Shown one piece after another: positions 44,707 through 58,512 of a stretch of 64,000 nt of DNA. Every line of letters begins with the position of its first letter. Position 1 is the stretch's first letter. The notes under the pieces were generated by a model, which saw only the letters and a program-made list of their open reading frames with translations, did no database searches and was not told where the DNA came from. Made by a program: the position numbers and the translations under genes. Source of the stretch: the human T2T-CHM13v2.0 reference genome, Homo sapiens; assembly GCF_009914755.1 (NCBI RefSeq), contig NC_060926.1, one strand, 5' to 3'.

Positions 44707-46679
44707 TCCTGTTATATTTTATGTCTCCCCAAATTACTTTTCTTGGCTATATGATGCTTTTGCTGGAAGTATTCTAAAAAAAAATTCATAATACAAATAT
44801 TTACATATATAATCCAAAGTGTCTGCTGCCTGAACATTCCCAAGTCTTTTAGCATTTGGGGAACTCATTGCTTTAATAATTAAATTAAGATAATTAAATC
44901 CCCAGCCCATGTCCTAAGGAAAGTCCCAAACTCTCCAAAAACGTTCCACATATTCTTGTGTGCAGATAGAATCTCCTTATCACCTCTCATTCTGAACGTC
45001 TCTTCTTGGTAAATTCTGTACCTTATTTTCTCACTTTCTGCAGCTGCTATCTTCTTTCCATACCATGTGGGCCCTTCTCTCTTGCTCCTCCAAATAGAAT
45101 GTAATTTGTAAATATTATTAAAGTTGTAAGTAGAATAGGAAATGATTACTGAAAGGTGAAGATCAGGGGATAATTTTAAACTGAATTTGAGAATTACTAT
45201 TCTTAGAAATTTTTTGGCCACATGCCAAAGTTAATTCCTTACTACCTTGTTTTCTCAGATCTTGATATCTTGTAAGTCTGCTACCTCTCCAATAGCTCCC
45301 TACACTCCACATTTTAGGAGTCATAAAACCCTGCCTCCCCAATTCATCAAGGAAAAATTTTTAAATTCCCTTCCATTGCATGCAGAGCAGTTTAGTCCCA
45401 CACTCCTATTCAATGGAGTATGTCTCTTATTCATTTGATAATATAAATTTGATATAGTGTAATGGCAAATTTTCTAATATTTAATTTTCTTGTGTTGAAT
45501 TTAATTCCTTATGTTTAATAGTCAAACTAAAGCAAGCAATGAAGACATACCAAGACATATTTTATTGGCTTTTTGCAATTTCAAATTTTAAAATTAAAAG
45601 AACAATTCAGAACACCTGGTCCATTCTATAGAGTCCCATGATCCTGCAGCCCCAGAAGTTGTCAGTGGGTTTCACCTATTTTTATCATATGTAAATTATG
45701 TTTGACAGCAAGGACTAATTCTTCATCTCAAGGTTTCCTAGCTCAGTGTTACCATAAATTCTGTGGCAATTCTGTCTTCATCAACTTCATAACCATTGTT
45801 GTACTCATTTTCCAAACCATAAAATGTTATAATTGTGTCCATGAAAGTTAAAGTATTCTCTAAGAAGGCATTTAGGCCAGTATTCTGCTTCCATGCATGT
45901 ATTCTGTTAAATGTAATACAATATCACCATTTACATGTGTAGTAACTAAGACTCAGACATGCTGTTTTCTTGTGGTAAGTTGCAGAAAGAAAACAACTTT
46001 ATCTCCTGATTTCTGGCACCAAACTCCAACTCAGTAGACTTGGTAGATCCCGACAAGTATGTGAATAGATGCAAACTCCATCTTCGTGTGACTGCTTCCC
46101 TTCCAGGTTTTGGCAGTTCTGCTACTATTCACAGATTCCACCCAGTCCTTTTCCTCTGCTGTACTGTATGAAAGTCACAGTCTCTTTTTCTCTTGTTCTC
46201 TGCACATTTAGGTTCTACAGAGGTTGGCATTATGGCCTCTAAAATAAATTTCAAGCCACTTTCCAGATGTCTTTCCTGAAAGCTACAAGCCAACAAGAAA
46301 AGACAGCCAATGCCCGATCCAGACTAAGATTGACTGAATATTTACCAACAAATCCACAGGTTACTGATCAATACATTGCTTCATATTTAAAGTTCTTTTA
46401 AAACTCTAGCATATGCATAACTTTTGGGGCTCTTTACATTGATATCAAGTTTGCATTTCATAATTTCTGTGTAATGGTTTTTGTGGTTAACTGATTGTTA
46501 CCTTTCTTATCCTGTTAAGTAAAAACAAACAAACAAACAACAACCACAAAAAAAAAACTAGAGGTTCTCCACTACTCTAGGTGTTAGGCATAGTACATGT
46601 CATATTAGGAAAGCATGACTATATAATCAGATGTCCTTCCTATGGAGAATGCGCAGGGCCTAAGTCACCTGATTGTACA

Positions 46680-46875
46680 GTAGTGCTGCCTAGTTCAAAT
46701 CCCAGCTCAACCATCTGTGCCACTCAAGGGCCTCAATGTTCTCATCTTTTAAATTGGGGATAATAGTACCTACCTCAAAGGGCTATTGTAAGAATTGAAT
46801 GAATTTCTATATGAAAAGGATATAAAGGAGTGCCTTGGATATGGTAAGTCATCTCTAAATGCTTACCACCATTGA
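46680..46875 (+). mobile_element. MIR SINE
   Basis: gttcaaatcccagctc...ctcatcttttaaattggggataatagtacctacctcaaaggg. Confidence 0.85.
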
Positions 46876-46983
46876 TTTTCATCAACTGGGTTGACATAAC
46901 CACATCGACTCAAAACTATTTTTTAAAGTCTGAGAGCATTTGCATTGTAAAGCACAGAACTCTGCCTACGTTGCTGGAAAATT

Positions 46984-47435
46984 ATATATATATACACATA
47001 TATATATGTATATATATGTGTATATATATGTGTGTATATACACATATATATGTATATATGTATAATGTGTGTATATACACACATATATACGTATATATGT
47101 GTGTATATACATATATATGTATATATGTGTGTATATACATATATATGTATATATGTGTGTATATACATATATATGTATATATGTGTGTATATACATATAT
47201 ATGTATATATGTGTGTATATACATATATATGTATATATGTGTGTATATACATATATATGTATATATGTGTGTATATACATATATATGTATATATGTGTGT
47301 ATATACATATATATGTATATATGTGTGTATATACATATATATGTATATATGTGTGTATATACATATATATGTATATATGTGTGTATATACATATATACAC
47401 ACATATGTGTGTGACTGTGTGTATCTGTGTGTATC
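46984..47435. repeat. AT-rich alternating purine-pyrimidine VNTR; ten perfect 28-bp units at 47101-47380
   Basis: Unit gtgtatatacatatatatgtatatatgt, with degenerate flanks. Confidence 0.97.
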
Positions 47436-47454
47436 TCCCCTCTTTTTTAAATCT

Positions 47455-48312
47455 TCATTTATTATTTTCACAAATATATATTAAACATCCAAATGTTATG
47501 CACTAGAAGAGGTGCCAAGGTTAAGGTACTAAACAAGAAAGACAAACTCCCATGAGGCCTTAATTCTTGAGAAGAGAGAAAATAAATGTAAAGAAACAAA
47601 ATGATCAAGATGATATCAGATAGTAGTAGGGCTGCATATAATACCAAATGAGTGATTTAGTAAGTGGGTAAAAAGGGTAGGGTCATGGTGGAGGGAGTGA
47701 TACTCTAGAAGTAAGATGGAAGCTGAGATCTAAAGACAACTGTTGGGCAAAGACTGAGCTGAGCACATTCCAGAAGAGGGAAGAGCTGCTGTGCAAGGAG
47801 CAGAAGGAAAGCCAGCATCTCTAGAGTGGATTGAACCAAAAGCATGGGAGATAAGGTCAGAAACATAGTCAGGAGCCAAATAATGTACAGCTTATAGGCC
47901 CTGGTCAAATTCAGATTTTATCCTAAATGAAATAGGAAGCCATTGGAAGGTCAGAGTGAGGAAGGGTGTGATCTGATTTGTAATTCTAATCACCCTGGAA
48001 GCTAGGCAGCAAATGAGTTATTGGGTGAAAGAGTAGAAGGGGGCAGAGCAGCTAAGAGGCACTGCAGTCAGGTGAGAGATGACAGTGACAGTGTGGATGC
48101 ACAGATTCTGGATGGACTTTAAAAGCAGAGCTGACAGAAGTTAGATTGGATGATGATGAAACCAGGATAATGGAGAGATGGGAGCAAGAATGACCCTTGG
48201 TTTTGGCTTGAGAAACCACATGGCTGCTTATTTATGGAATTCAGAAGACTTGGGGAGGTGTAAGTTTGGAAGAGAAAATCAAGTGTTCTTTTATGATACA
48301 TTTTATTTTGGC
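47455..48312 (-). mobile_element. L2 (L2a-like) 3' region
   Basis: aacaagaaagacaaa...agcacattccagaagagggaagagc...gattttatcctaaatgaaataggaagccattggaagg...caggtgagagatgacagtg. Confidence 0.85.
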
Positions 48313-50887
48313 TACTCATACTGAATAAGAGATGCATGTATTTTTCTAACTTGGAAATGCATTTTAAAAACTCATATTTTCACCTTCTGAAATTTTAGCA
48401 TGGGTGAAGCTAATCTTAACTGACCAAAGGGAAAAATTTTCCCTCCCTTTATTATCTGAGCTATGTGTTCCATCTGTACACACATAAAAACCATAACTTA
48501 AAGAATGTTATTCATGTTCCCCTATATCTTACTATGGAAAGTTTTAGAAAGCATGAAGTCAAGAGACACAAAAACCATACCTACCTGACTTACATTCTAT
48601 CAAACCCACCATATGACTTAAAGGGACATGGAATAAATGAACTTAATTGTGCTGAGAATGTAACAGCCAAACATATAACACACGGGGGCTAACAAAGTCT
48701 AGAACAGCTTGTGCGTAATGTTTTATACCATTTCTTAAACATTAAATAGTTCTCATTCTTAATGAGTAATTCTTCTTCTATTTCAGGTCTTTGACAAAGA
48801 ATATAATCAGTTTTGCTATAACTCTTGTTTTGGAAATGTGAATTTATTCCCACACAATTTATATAGTAGAGAATAATTTGAGGACAATGCAAATTTTGTA
48901 TTTGTGTATGCACCATGTTGTCCATAAGCTACACTAGAGGAATGCAGGAAGCTGTACCCAATTCATACAAGCTACACAGGAATACACAAAACACACATAT
49001 GCTCCTCAAACATCTGCCAGCTACCTCAGTTCACCGGCCTGTGTTATGAGTCACACCCATCCACATCTGCTATTAGAACTTTCCAGCTGATTTCAGATAA
49101 GCCACCTTCTACAATTTCACAAAAACTCATAAGTTGCAACACTTCTGACACCCACTTACACAAGCAAACTTCAGGTTTGTTTCAAGGTAATGTGACATAT
49201 TTATGGTAAAATAGTATTTATGTATTTCCTGACCATGTAATGTGTGTAAAAGAGAACTCTCATATTTGTTAGATTTCAAACTTGTTTTACGTATCACTGA
49301 CAAAGGTTTTGAGTGTTGTGCCCCTTGTGCATAAGCCCTACAACACATATGTCATATTATAGCAGAGTTGACTGTATTTGAAATGCAAATTCACAGTCTT
49401 TCTGCATTAAGTTTCTAAAACTAAGCAAACATGTAGGATCATCAAGGTGATTACAGAACTCTAATTATGGTTTCTTTGAATCATAAAATGTGTTTAATAA
49501 CAATTCTTAGAACAAGAAGGATTTTATAAGCTTAAGAAAATTATAACTTTCTGATTGCATATGCTTTATATCAGGTATAATATTGTGTTTCTATCTTATT
49601 TGGGTGTTAAATTTTTGCACTTTATTTTTATGTCTATATATCATACACGCTTACATGAGTGAAAAGAAGTAATTAAAAATAATTCCTTTTAGTTTTAAAA
49701 GAAATTGTGAATTTTATGAAATATGTGTGTGTGGAAAGTGGAGTTATAAGTGCAATCTAAATTCATCCTGAAAGAGTTAATGTTGCCTAAATGTTGGATA
49801 CTTACAGTAAAAAGAAAGGGAGTAGGAAAAGAAAGGAAAGAAACTTTACTCTTTAAGCAGGGAAGAGGATTACTGCTTTCAAGAAATTTTAATAATGCAG
49901 GAAAAAAGTCTTAATGCTCATTAAAATATTATAAAATTCTTATAATCCAGACATACAATGGATATGTTTGTGGAAAAAAAAGAGAAGAAAATATTAACAT
50001 CAAAAGTCTTGCAGACGGTTTCATTCTGAAGCCCTTGAGGTTTAAGAAGGCATCCCTCCAAACTGTACCTAACTAGCTCAGTGTGTGGGCGTGTACCAGA
50101 GACGCCTGTCCACTAGGGGCTAGACTTTCACCAATAAACTGCTTTTAACTACAGCACTTAAATCAAGTCCTATTTAACTGGCATACAAATACAAGGATAT
50201 TTTTATTAAATTTCTGAAATATAATTCCTATCATAAAGAGATAATTTTAAAATAAGTACTTCTGATCAGTGTAATAGTTTAAATGTAAGTGACTCAAAGA
50301 TGTATAGTCTCAAATAAAATGCTACTGCAGGAACTTTATATTGTGAATTAAAATCGTTTGATCATAGAAATATTTGGGCTTTTTTTTCCTCTCTTTCACT
50401 TTCTAGCTTTGTGAAGACTAAAGACTTTATCATGCACTAATCATGCTTAATTAACATCAAGCAATCAGGTCATGGTGTGCCTATTGTCATACAAATATAT
50501 TAGAAGCAGCACAAGACTATAAGTATTTTTTTTTAATTTTTGGAATTCACTCATTTATCAAAGATGTACTGAATTACTTCTGGATACTGTTATTTGGAAA
50601 TGAGTTATACTGTTTTTTATTGTCTAGTTATTCCTAACAAGGAGGTGTAACTTTTATGATAACAAAAAGGAGTACTTTTTAAATTTAAGATTTATTTATT
50701 AAACTCCTATGCATCCTGCTGTAACCATACAAAGATGAACAAAACAAGAACCCTATCTCGTTTGTCAATCTCATTAGGAAGACAGACAGGCATATAAGCA
50801 AAACCCTCCCTGAACAACCACCTTCTCCCCCGCTAAGGTGTATAAAGGGCAGTGGTACACTGCAATGCAAGGTGTGCAACAATTACA

Positions 50888-51090
50888 AGCAATGGCTTTG
50901 GAATCAGAGAGAGTACAGTCTAAATATTGGCTCTACCATGTGATTCTCAGCATGTTTTTAGCCACTCTAAGTCTCCCTTTCCTCACAGTGAATCAGGAAT
51001 TGTAATTCCTACCTCACAGGATTAAGTGGAATAATGTATGTAAATTTCAGTACAATGCCTGGCATGTGCTAAGTCTTCAAAAATGGTATA
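50888..51090 (+). mobile_element. MIR SINE
   Basis: ggctttggaatcagagag...ggctctacc...cctacctcacaggattaag...acaatgcctggcatgtg. Confidence 0.85.
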
Positions 51091-51246
51091 TGTTTTCACA
51101 GTGGAGCACTAAGGAAATGTGGAGCAGGGCATTGAGAACTGACATCTACCAATCAACACGTGATGAACAGAGGCAGGAAGATTGTCACTGCACCAAGGGC
51201 CATCTACTTTAGTGTTGCACAACATTAGAGTTTTAGGGTGAGGTTT

Positions 51247-51282
51247 TGTGTGTGTGTGCGTGTGTGTGTGTGTGTGTGTGTG
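51247..51282 (+). repeat. (TG)n microsatellite
   Basis: Direct reading; one CG interruption. Confidence 0.95.
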
Positions 51283-52564
51283 CTCAAGAAGCATAACCAC
51301 TTAATGGCACAGAGTCTATTTTGAAGCTCGAAAACCAGTAAGACCATAGAACTCTCTCAGGAGGAATGAGGAGTTGGCTGAGTTCTGCCCAAGGAAGTTC
51401 TCACAAGAGGGCATTGTAAAATGTCCTTATTCCTCAGAACTTAACTTTAAAATGTTCCCACTGAAGTCCAATGGGAGTTTTATGGGAGTAAAGGATAGAA
51501 TTAGGTCTTGTGTATTTTTAAAGGGTCATTCAAAAAGGCAAAGTCTAAATTTTTTACAGATGGCAGAGTAGGAGTAATGCAGTTGGCCAAAACTGACCTT
51601 TTATGTTTTCCAAAAGCAAATGTTTACTGAAAGAGGACTCTGCTATACTACCAATGGAGAAAGAAATCTTGATGCTTACATTGGATAGCTCGGTACACAT
51701 TCACTGCCAAATACATTTATAAAAATCAATAATAATATTTTCCATGGTACCTGTTTTCAACCTTCCTCCAAAATTTTGCCCTGTAGTTGCTTTTTCTCAA
51801 ACACAAATATTTCTGAGGAAAAATAATATTTTAGGTGAGAATAGGCTTGCGAAATCGTATGCATTTTAGGAGCCTCACTGTGCCTTCACAGTTCTAGCTC
51901 CACCACAGTGATGCACAGGCAGGGGAGAGGATGACCAATGTCACCAGGTCTTCTGGGTAGTGAATTTAAAACTGGTGTTAAGTTCTTCCAGAATGAAACT
52001 CCTTTTAAACTTTGTTCAAAGAGGGAAAGGGATGTTAGAAATTCCTGTGCTCTTTTGGACATTAAATAATTCTTAAAAAACAAAATTTCGATGTGTTCAG
52101 TAAGTTTTAAAAAGTAAGAAATATTGAAATCCATCAAACATGAATGGGAAAACTTAAAGTGGCTTGTGACGATACATATTGGGTTTTGTAAACTTTAAAA
52201 GCTCAGGGAGAAAAAATGGAAATGTGAGCTCAAATTATCAGTAAAATTTAATCAACCCACAACAGCCATAATTTAGAACTTTCTTATTTTCACACTTACT
52301 AAGTGGGTTGCAAGTACCATTTTAACATGTAGGTTTAAAAAAAAATTGTTCCATAGCCGGTCCCCAGAAAATCAGAACCATCCCACTTTTCTCATTCAGG
52401 AGAAAGCATGCACAGTAGATATTGAGACAATACTTTATAAAGTACCTGGCATATATGGAACGATTTTGGCAGCTAGACCCCAGATGGCCATGTTCTGTTA
52501 AGGATTGTAGAAGTCTATTCCTTTTAAAAAAACACACACACACAATAAAAATAAATAGATAGCT

Positions 52565-53175
52565 TAAGTGTAAAATAGTATATTCACTTTGGAAAAAGTT
52601 GTGACAGTTCTTATAAAGTTAAATATATACTCACTTTTTGGAAATTGTAATTCTACTCCTTGATATTTACCAAAAAATAAAAACATATCAAAAAATAAAA
52701 CCTACACACATGCACAAGAATGTCCATAGCAGCTTTATTCATAAGTAGCATAAACTGGACACTCAAATTTCATTAAGAAGAGAATGGATAAACAAATTTT
52801 AGTATATTCTCACAAAGGAATACTACTCAGGACTAAAAAATATTAATACACACAACATGAACAAGTCTAATAGATGTTACCTTGAGCTAAAGAAGCTGAA
52901 CACAGAGGAGCATGATTTCATTCATATGAAGGTCAGTATTAGACAAAACTAATCAACAGTTTTAAAAATCAGAAAAGTGGTTGCCTCACTGTGATGGGGA
53001 GGAATAACTGGGAAAGACTATGAGAGTACTTACTGGGATGTGATGGCAGTGGCAGTGTCTAATTTTTTCAGGGGTGTAAGTTACATGGGGCTGGCTACGT
53101 GCATTTATCAAAACTCATTAAATTGTAAACTTAAGATTATGCATTTTGTTGTAGATTAGTTTTATCTCAAGATAG
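52565..53175 (+). mobile_element. L1ME (L1ME1-like) 3' end
   Basis: caagaatgtccatagcagctttattcata...gaatggataaacaaa...aaaatcagaaaagtggttgcc...tttatcaaaactcattaaattgtaaacttaaga. Confidence 0.85.
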
Positions 53176-54059
53176 AATAAATGAATAGATTCTTAAAGAT
53201 TTAAGTATATATCATGCGAATAAATAAAAGGAAATATGACTTCTTTTATGTGCCTTCCTTTATTGCTGTTTTTGAACTTAAATGGTTCTAACAACTCAAT
53301 GAACATATTTATTTCTGCAACTGTGCGTCATTTTTCTAACTGGTCTATTTTCCAGAAGGCAAGAGCTTGTCGTCTTTTTTTTTTTATTTAAATTGTTTGT
53401 AATACAGCACATAAATTGCCATTAAACATGGCAATGCAATGAGAACCTCTAGAAGGAACAGGTGGAATCACTTCCCTTTTTTTTTCTTATGACTTTGAGA
53501 ATAAATCTCCCCCAAATGACACCTTTCTCCTTCAAATACTTTAGTTGTATATTTTATAACTTTTACATATGTCATTTTTACATGACAGTCACAGCTCCCA
53601 CCTGGAGTTTTGCAACACTGTCCGCATGTTACCTTTTTTTTTTTAGAATATGCATGTTTTATTCTGAATAATTTTGCATAATAAAAATGAAAGTACAAAA
53701 TAATTAAGACACAAAATATTTTAACAAGCTGAAATAAATCATGAAAGAAAAAAGCAGAAATGTAATCCATGGCAAAGTCTTTCTTATAAAAAGTTCAAAA
53801 ACAACCTTTCAGTTTCACTAATGGAGATACTTGAAGCTCAAAATCTAAATCCCAATACCAGGAGTCTAAAATATTTACTATAAAGGCAATGAATATTAAT
53901 GTTAAGAATAGCCAGATTCAACGAGTGAAGTTAAAAAAATATATCATGCAAATGGTTTAATATACCACAGGAATTGTGACTAAACATGCTAGAAAAAACT
54001 TCAAGGAACCCAAGATTTATATCAGTCATTTCAAAAAAGATTGATTTTTCACTACCCCT

Positions 54060-54370
54060 CTTATTCATTCATTCATTCATTCATTTGTTCATTCTATAAC
54101 AAGTATTTATTGGGCATGTATTATGTATGTAATATTCTAAGAGCTTAAAATGCATAAGAAATTAACAGATAAACACCTCAACTTTTCATTGAGAGAATGT
54201 TGATAGTTATATGTACTGAGATGCAAAAGTAAGGTAAGGAAAAGAATATGGTATTAGGGGAGGGAGTTCAAATTTTTAATAGGGTAGCCAAGAAAAGCTC
54301 ACTGGAAAGGCAAGTTTTGAGAAAGAACTGAAGGAAATGAGGGAGTTCAATAATGCCAATATATGTTGAG
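54060..54370 (-). mobile_element. L2 3' end
   Basis: (ttca)n start then aacaagtatttattgggcatgtattatg, typical antisense L2 terminus. Confidence 0.75.
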
Positions 54371-54495
54371 GTAAAAAGTGATGCTGTTTCTTCCACTAAA
54401 GGGATGTATGTGATTAATGGTAGCATTAAGGTATATCAGAATGGTTTCCTGAAGCAATCAAGCCTCTTTCCCAAACAGCCACTCTCATTACTGGT

Positions 54496-54596
54496 TCTTT
54501 ACTTTTTTTCTCTTCCTTTCTTCCTTCTTTCTTTTATTCCTTTCTTCCTCTTTTCTCCCTCCCTTCCTTTCTTTTCTCTTCTCTTATTATTTTTTG
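54496..54596 (+). repeat. CT-rich low-complexity tract
   Basis: Direct reading. Confidence 0.85.
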
Positions 54597-55851
54597 GGCC
54601 TAGTGCATGACAATTAATAAATAGAATAAAAAGAGGAGATGGAAAATGACTTTGATTTGCCCATAGCACATAAGGTTAACAACCTGTAAGTCTTATTTGT
54701 AGTAATTTAACAGTAAAGACCACATAGAAAATGCATTTTATAGCAATAACACTGATGATATAAGAGTAATACGAGCTAAGTAAAAAGTCATTTCTCTCAA
54801 AAGAGAACACTCAAGCAAAACTCTTTAGATATTTAATTATTTACACGTTCTTCTTTTATATAGATGGCTAACAATGGTTGAAATAGTTTATATGACAAAA
54901 AACTTGTGGAATATAAAGATTTCTGGCAGAAACATCCACAGATAGCTATAATAATAATCAATGTATTTGTTCTTTACATTCGCTAGCATCCTCTCAGATA
55001 GGCCAAAATGTTAACTATCACATTTCACTGTAAGAACTCAAAGGCATACAAACATCCATCCTGGGATTTGATTAAGCACCATAACAAATGTTTTGCTTTT
55101 CTGACAAAGAAAAGAGTACTATTCAGCCGACTGCTATAAAGCCAGAATGAACGGGAATGTGTGTGTGAGAAAGACAGACAGAATTAACGTGAAAATCTGA
55201 TGTCAATATAATGCTGAAGAGTTAGTGCAACTAATACTTGATTTAAGCTAAATGTGGATCTTTCCACCTACAAATAACACAGCTGCTTTCCCTCATGTAA
55301 GATCCATCTCCAAGAGACTAAGCTCAGGATTCCAGGATTACTAAATCCCACAAATCCTCTTGAGATTTCTGGGAACAACAGTTAACCTTTGTGCACACAC
55401 TAACGTCAATAATCACAGTCTGGGTGGGCATGTGGACGATATTATCCCAACTCAGGGACATGGATCATCTCTAGACAGACATAGGGAGAGGATAGGGAAA
55501 TAAGCCATCAACTCTCAAATCTACTGAGAAAAAAACACCTCTCAATGTACATGAAAAAGCCATTGCTCCCAAGATAGATGTCTTTTTTTTAAAAAAGTTG
55601 AAACTCTACTAAAATACTAGAATGTTTCTGGTGCAGCCCCACTGAAAGACAAAAACAGAATGAATGAGCTCAGGCCCCTCAAACTTTCAATTGTAAAGAA
55701 GGAAGTGTTCAGATCCTAAGTCACAGAGGTACCTGATCTGGATGAGAAACTCAAAAACCCAGCTCCTCAGAGTTTTTAGAGTGGCCTTATTTCAGGAAAA
55801 GGATCTTTTGGTAATGGTGCACGGGCGAATGACCTGTGCAACAAAATTGTG

Positions 55852-56275
55852 TAAGTCCATCAGTGGATGACTGGATAAAGAATATGTGGAACACGTACAC
55901 AATTGGATACTCTGCAGCCATAAAAGAAAGAATGAAAGTATGTCTTTTGCAGCAACATGAGTGGAGCTGGAGGCCATTATCCTAAATGAAATAACTCAGA
56001 AACAGAAAATCAAATATCACATCTATTTATTACTAGGAGCTAAGTGATAGGTACACATGGACATACAAAGGGAAATAACAGGCACTAGGGATGCCAAAAG
56101 CAGTGAGGGAAGAGAGGGGAGTAAGGGCTGAAAAATTACCTACTGGGCGTAATATTCACTATCTGGGTGACAGGCACACTAGAAGCCTAAATCTCACCAT
56201 TATGCAATTTAGCTATGTGACAAATTCGTACAAGTACCCCCTAAATCTATATATGTATTTAAAAACTGTATGAAT
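55852..56275 (+). mobile_element. L1 3' end (L1PB4/L1PA17-like)
   Basis: ggagctggaggccattatcctaaatgaaataactcagaaacagaaa...gaaaaattacctactggg...gtaccccctaaatcta. Confidence 0.88.
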
Positions 56276-56289
56276 ACACACACACACCA

Positions 56290-56480
56290 AAAAATTTATT
56301 AAATATCTCCTTTATGTTAAAGCTCTGCCCTAAGTACAGTAAGTATGGATAAGTTACAACTCCTACCCATGAGGAAGTTCCAGGCTAACGGGGTAAAAGG
56401 AATATAAATATGTACTATCAGACAAAGAGACAAAGTGATAAGATATTTATTAGCAAAATAGCAGATGACTTGGGAAATCA
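56290..56480 (-). mobile_element. L2 fragment
   Basis: aatttattaaatatctcctttatgttaaagctctgccctaag...ctcctacccatgaggaagttccagg. Confidence 0.5.
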
Positions 56481-56959
56481 CTGGAAGAAATATGCTGAAT
56501 GTTTTAGTTAAGTTTCTCTTCCATGGAATTTGAAGAATTATAGATTCCTTAAGGCCACTTACCAAAACAAAAGAGAAAATAAAGAAAAAAGAATCTTCAT
56601 AAGCCCTCCTTCTTCTGTGTTCAGGGAAATCTCTCTTCAACTTGATATAAATGAGTAGATTTACAAAAAGTCTAACTTCCAACCTAAAGACAAAAGAATG
56701 TGCTGATTAGGAAGCAAAAGAAAATAATAAAATTATATTAAAAAGAGATCCTAATACTATCAAATTTTAAGATAGACGTGATGATTTGACATATATTCTT
56801 TGGAAATACATGACAGTCACAAAGAATTTTTGTGAAAAAATTTTATTTAATACTCAAGGTATTTTTAATATCCTTAATTATAATTACACTTAATATCCTT
56901 AATACCAGGTTATTGAGATAAGGAATGTGTCACTATTTACTGCTATTAAGACAGGAGCA

Positions 56960-57991
<1,032 letters not shown>

Positions 57992-58499
57992 TCATGCTGC
58001 TATAAAGACACATGCACACGTATGTTTATTGCAGCACTATTCACAATAGCAAAGACTTGGAACCAACCCAAATGTCCCACAATGATAGACTGGATTAAGA
58101 AAATGTGGCACATATACACCATGGAATACTATGCAGCCATAAAAAATGATGAGTTCATGTCCTTTGTAGGGACATGGATGAAATTGGAAATCATCATTCT
58201 CAGTAAACCATTGCAAGAACAAAAAACCAAACACCGCATATTCTCACTCATAGGTGGTTATTGAACAATGAGAACACATGGACACAGGAAGGGGAACATC
58301 ACACACCAGGGCCTGTTGTGGGGTGGAGGGAGGGGGGAGGGATAGCATTAGGAGATATACCTAATGCTAAATGACGAGTTAATGGGTGAAGCACACCAGC
58401 ATGGCACATGTATACATATGTAACTAACCTGCACACTGTGCACATGTACCCTAAAACTTAAAGTATGATAATAATAAAATACAAAAGAAAAAAAAAAAA
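57992..58499 (+). mobile_element. Sense 3' segment of the twin-primed L1PA4-like element with poly(A)
   Basis: ORF2 end, 3'UTR taatgctaaatgacgagttaatggg...caccagcatggcac, A tail, TSD aagacaggagca (58500-58511). Confidence 0.95.
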
Positions 58500-58512
58500 A
58501 AGACAGGAGCAG

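Noticed and set aside
44900-45130. Possible L2 fragment
   Set aside because: Pyrimidine-rich and suggestive but too degenerate to call by eye
47101-47380. Palindromic 28-bp repeats superficially like a CRISPR array
   Set aside because: Units are head-to-tail with no spacers, low complexity, in primate DNA with no cas genes
46872-47506. Six overlapping 140-182 aa Y/I/H/T/C/V-rich ORFs
   Set aside because: Artefacts of the stop-free TA/TG/CA repeat, open in all frames
42600-56900. Host exons in the less repetitive stretches (e.g. acceptor-like ttttctcattcag at ~52387-52399)
   Set aside because: No paired splice sites with a recognisable reading frame; small or non-coding exons cannot be excluded without transcript data
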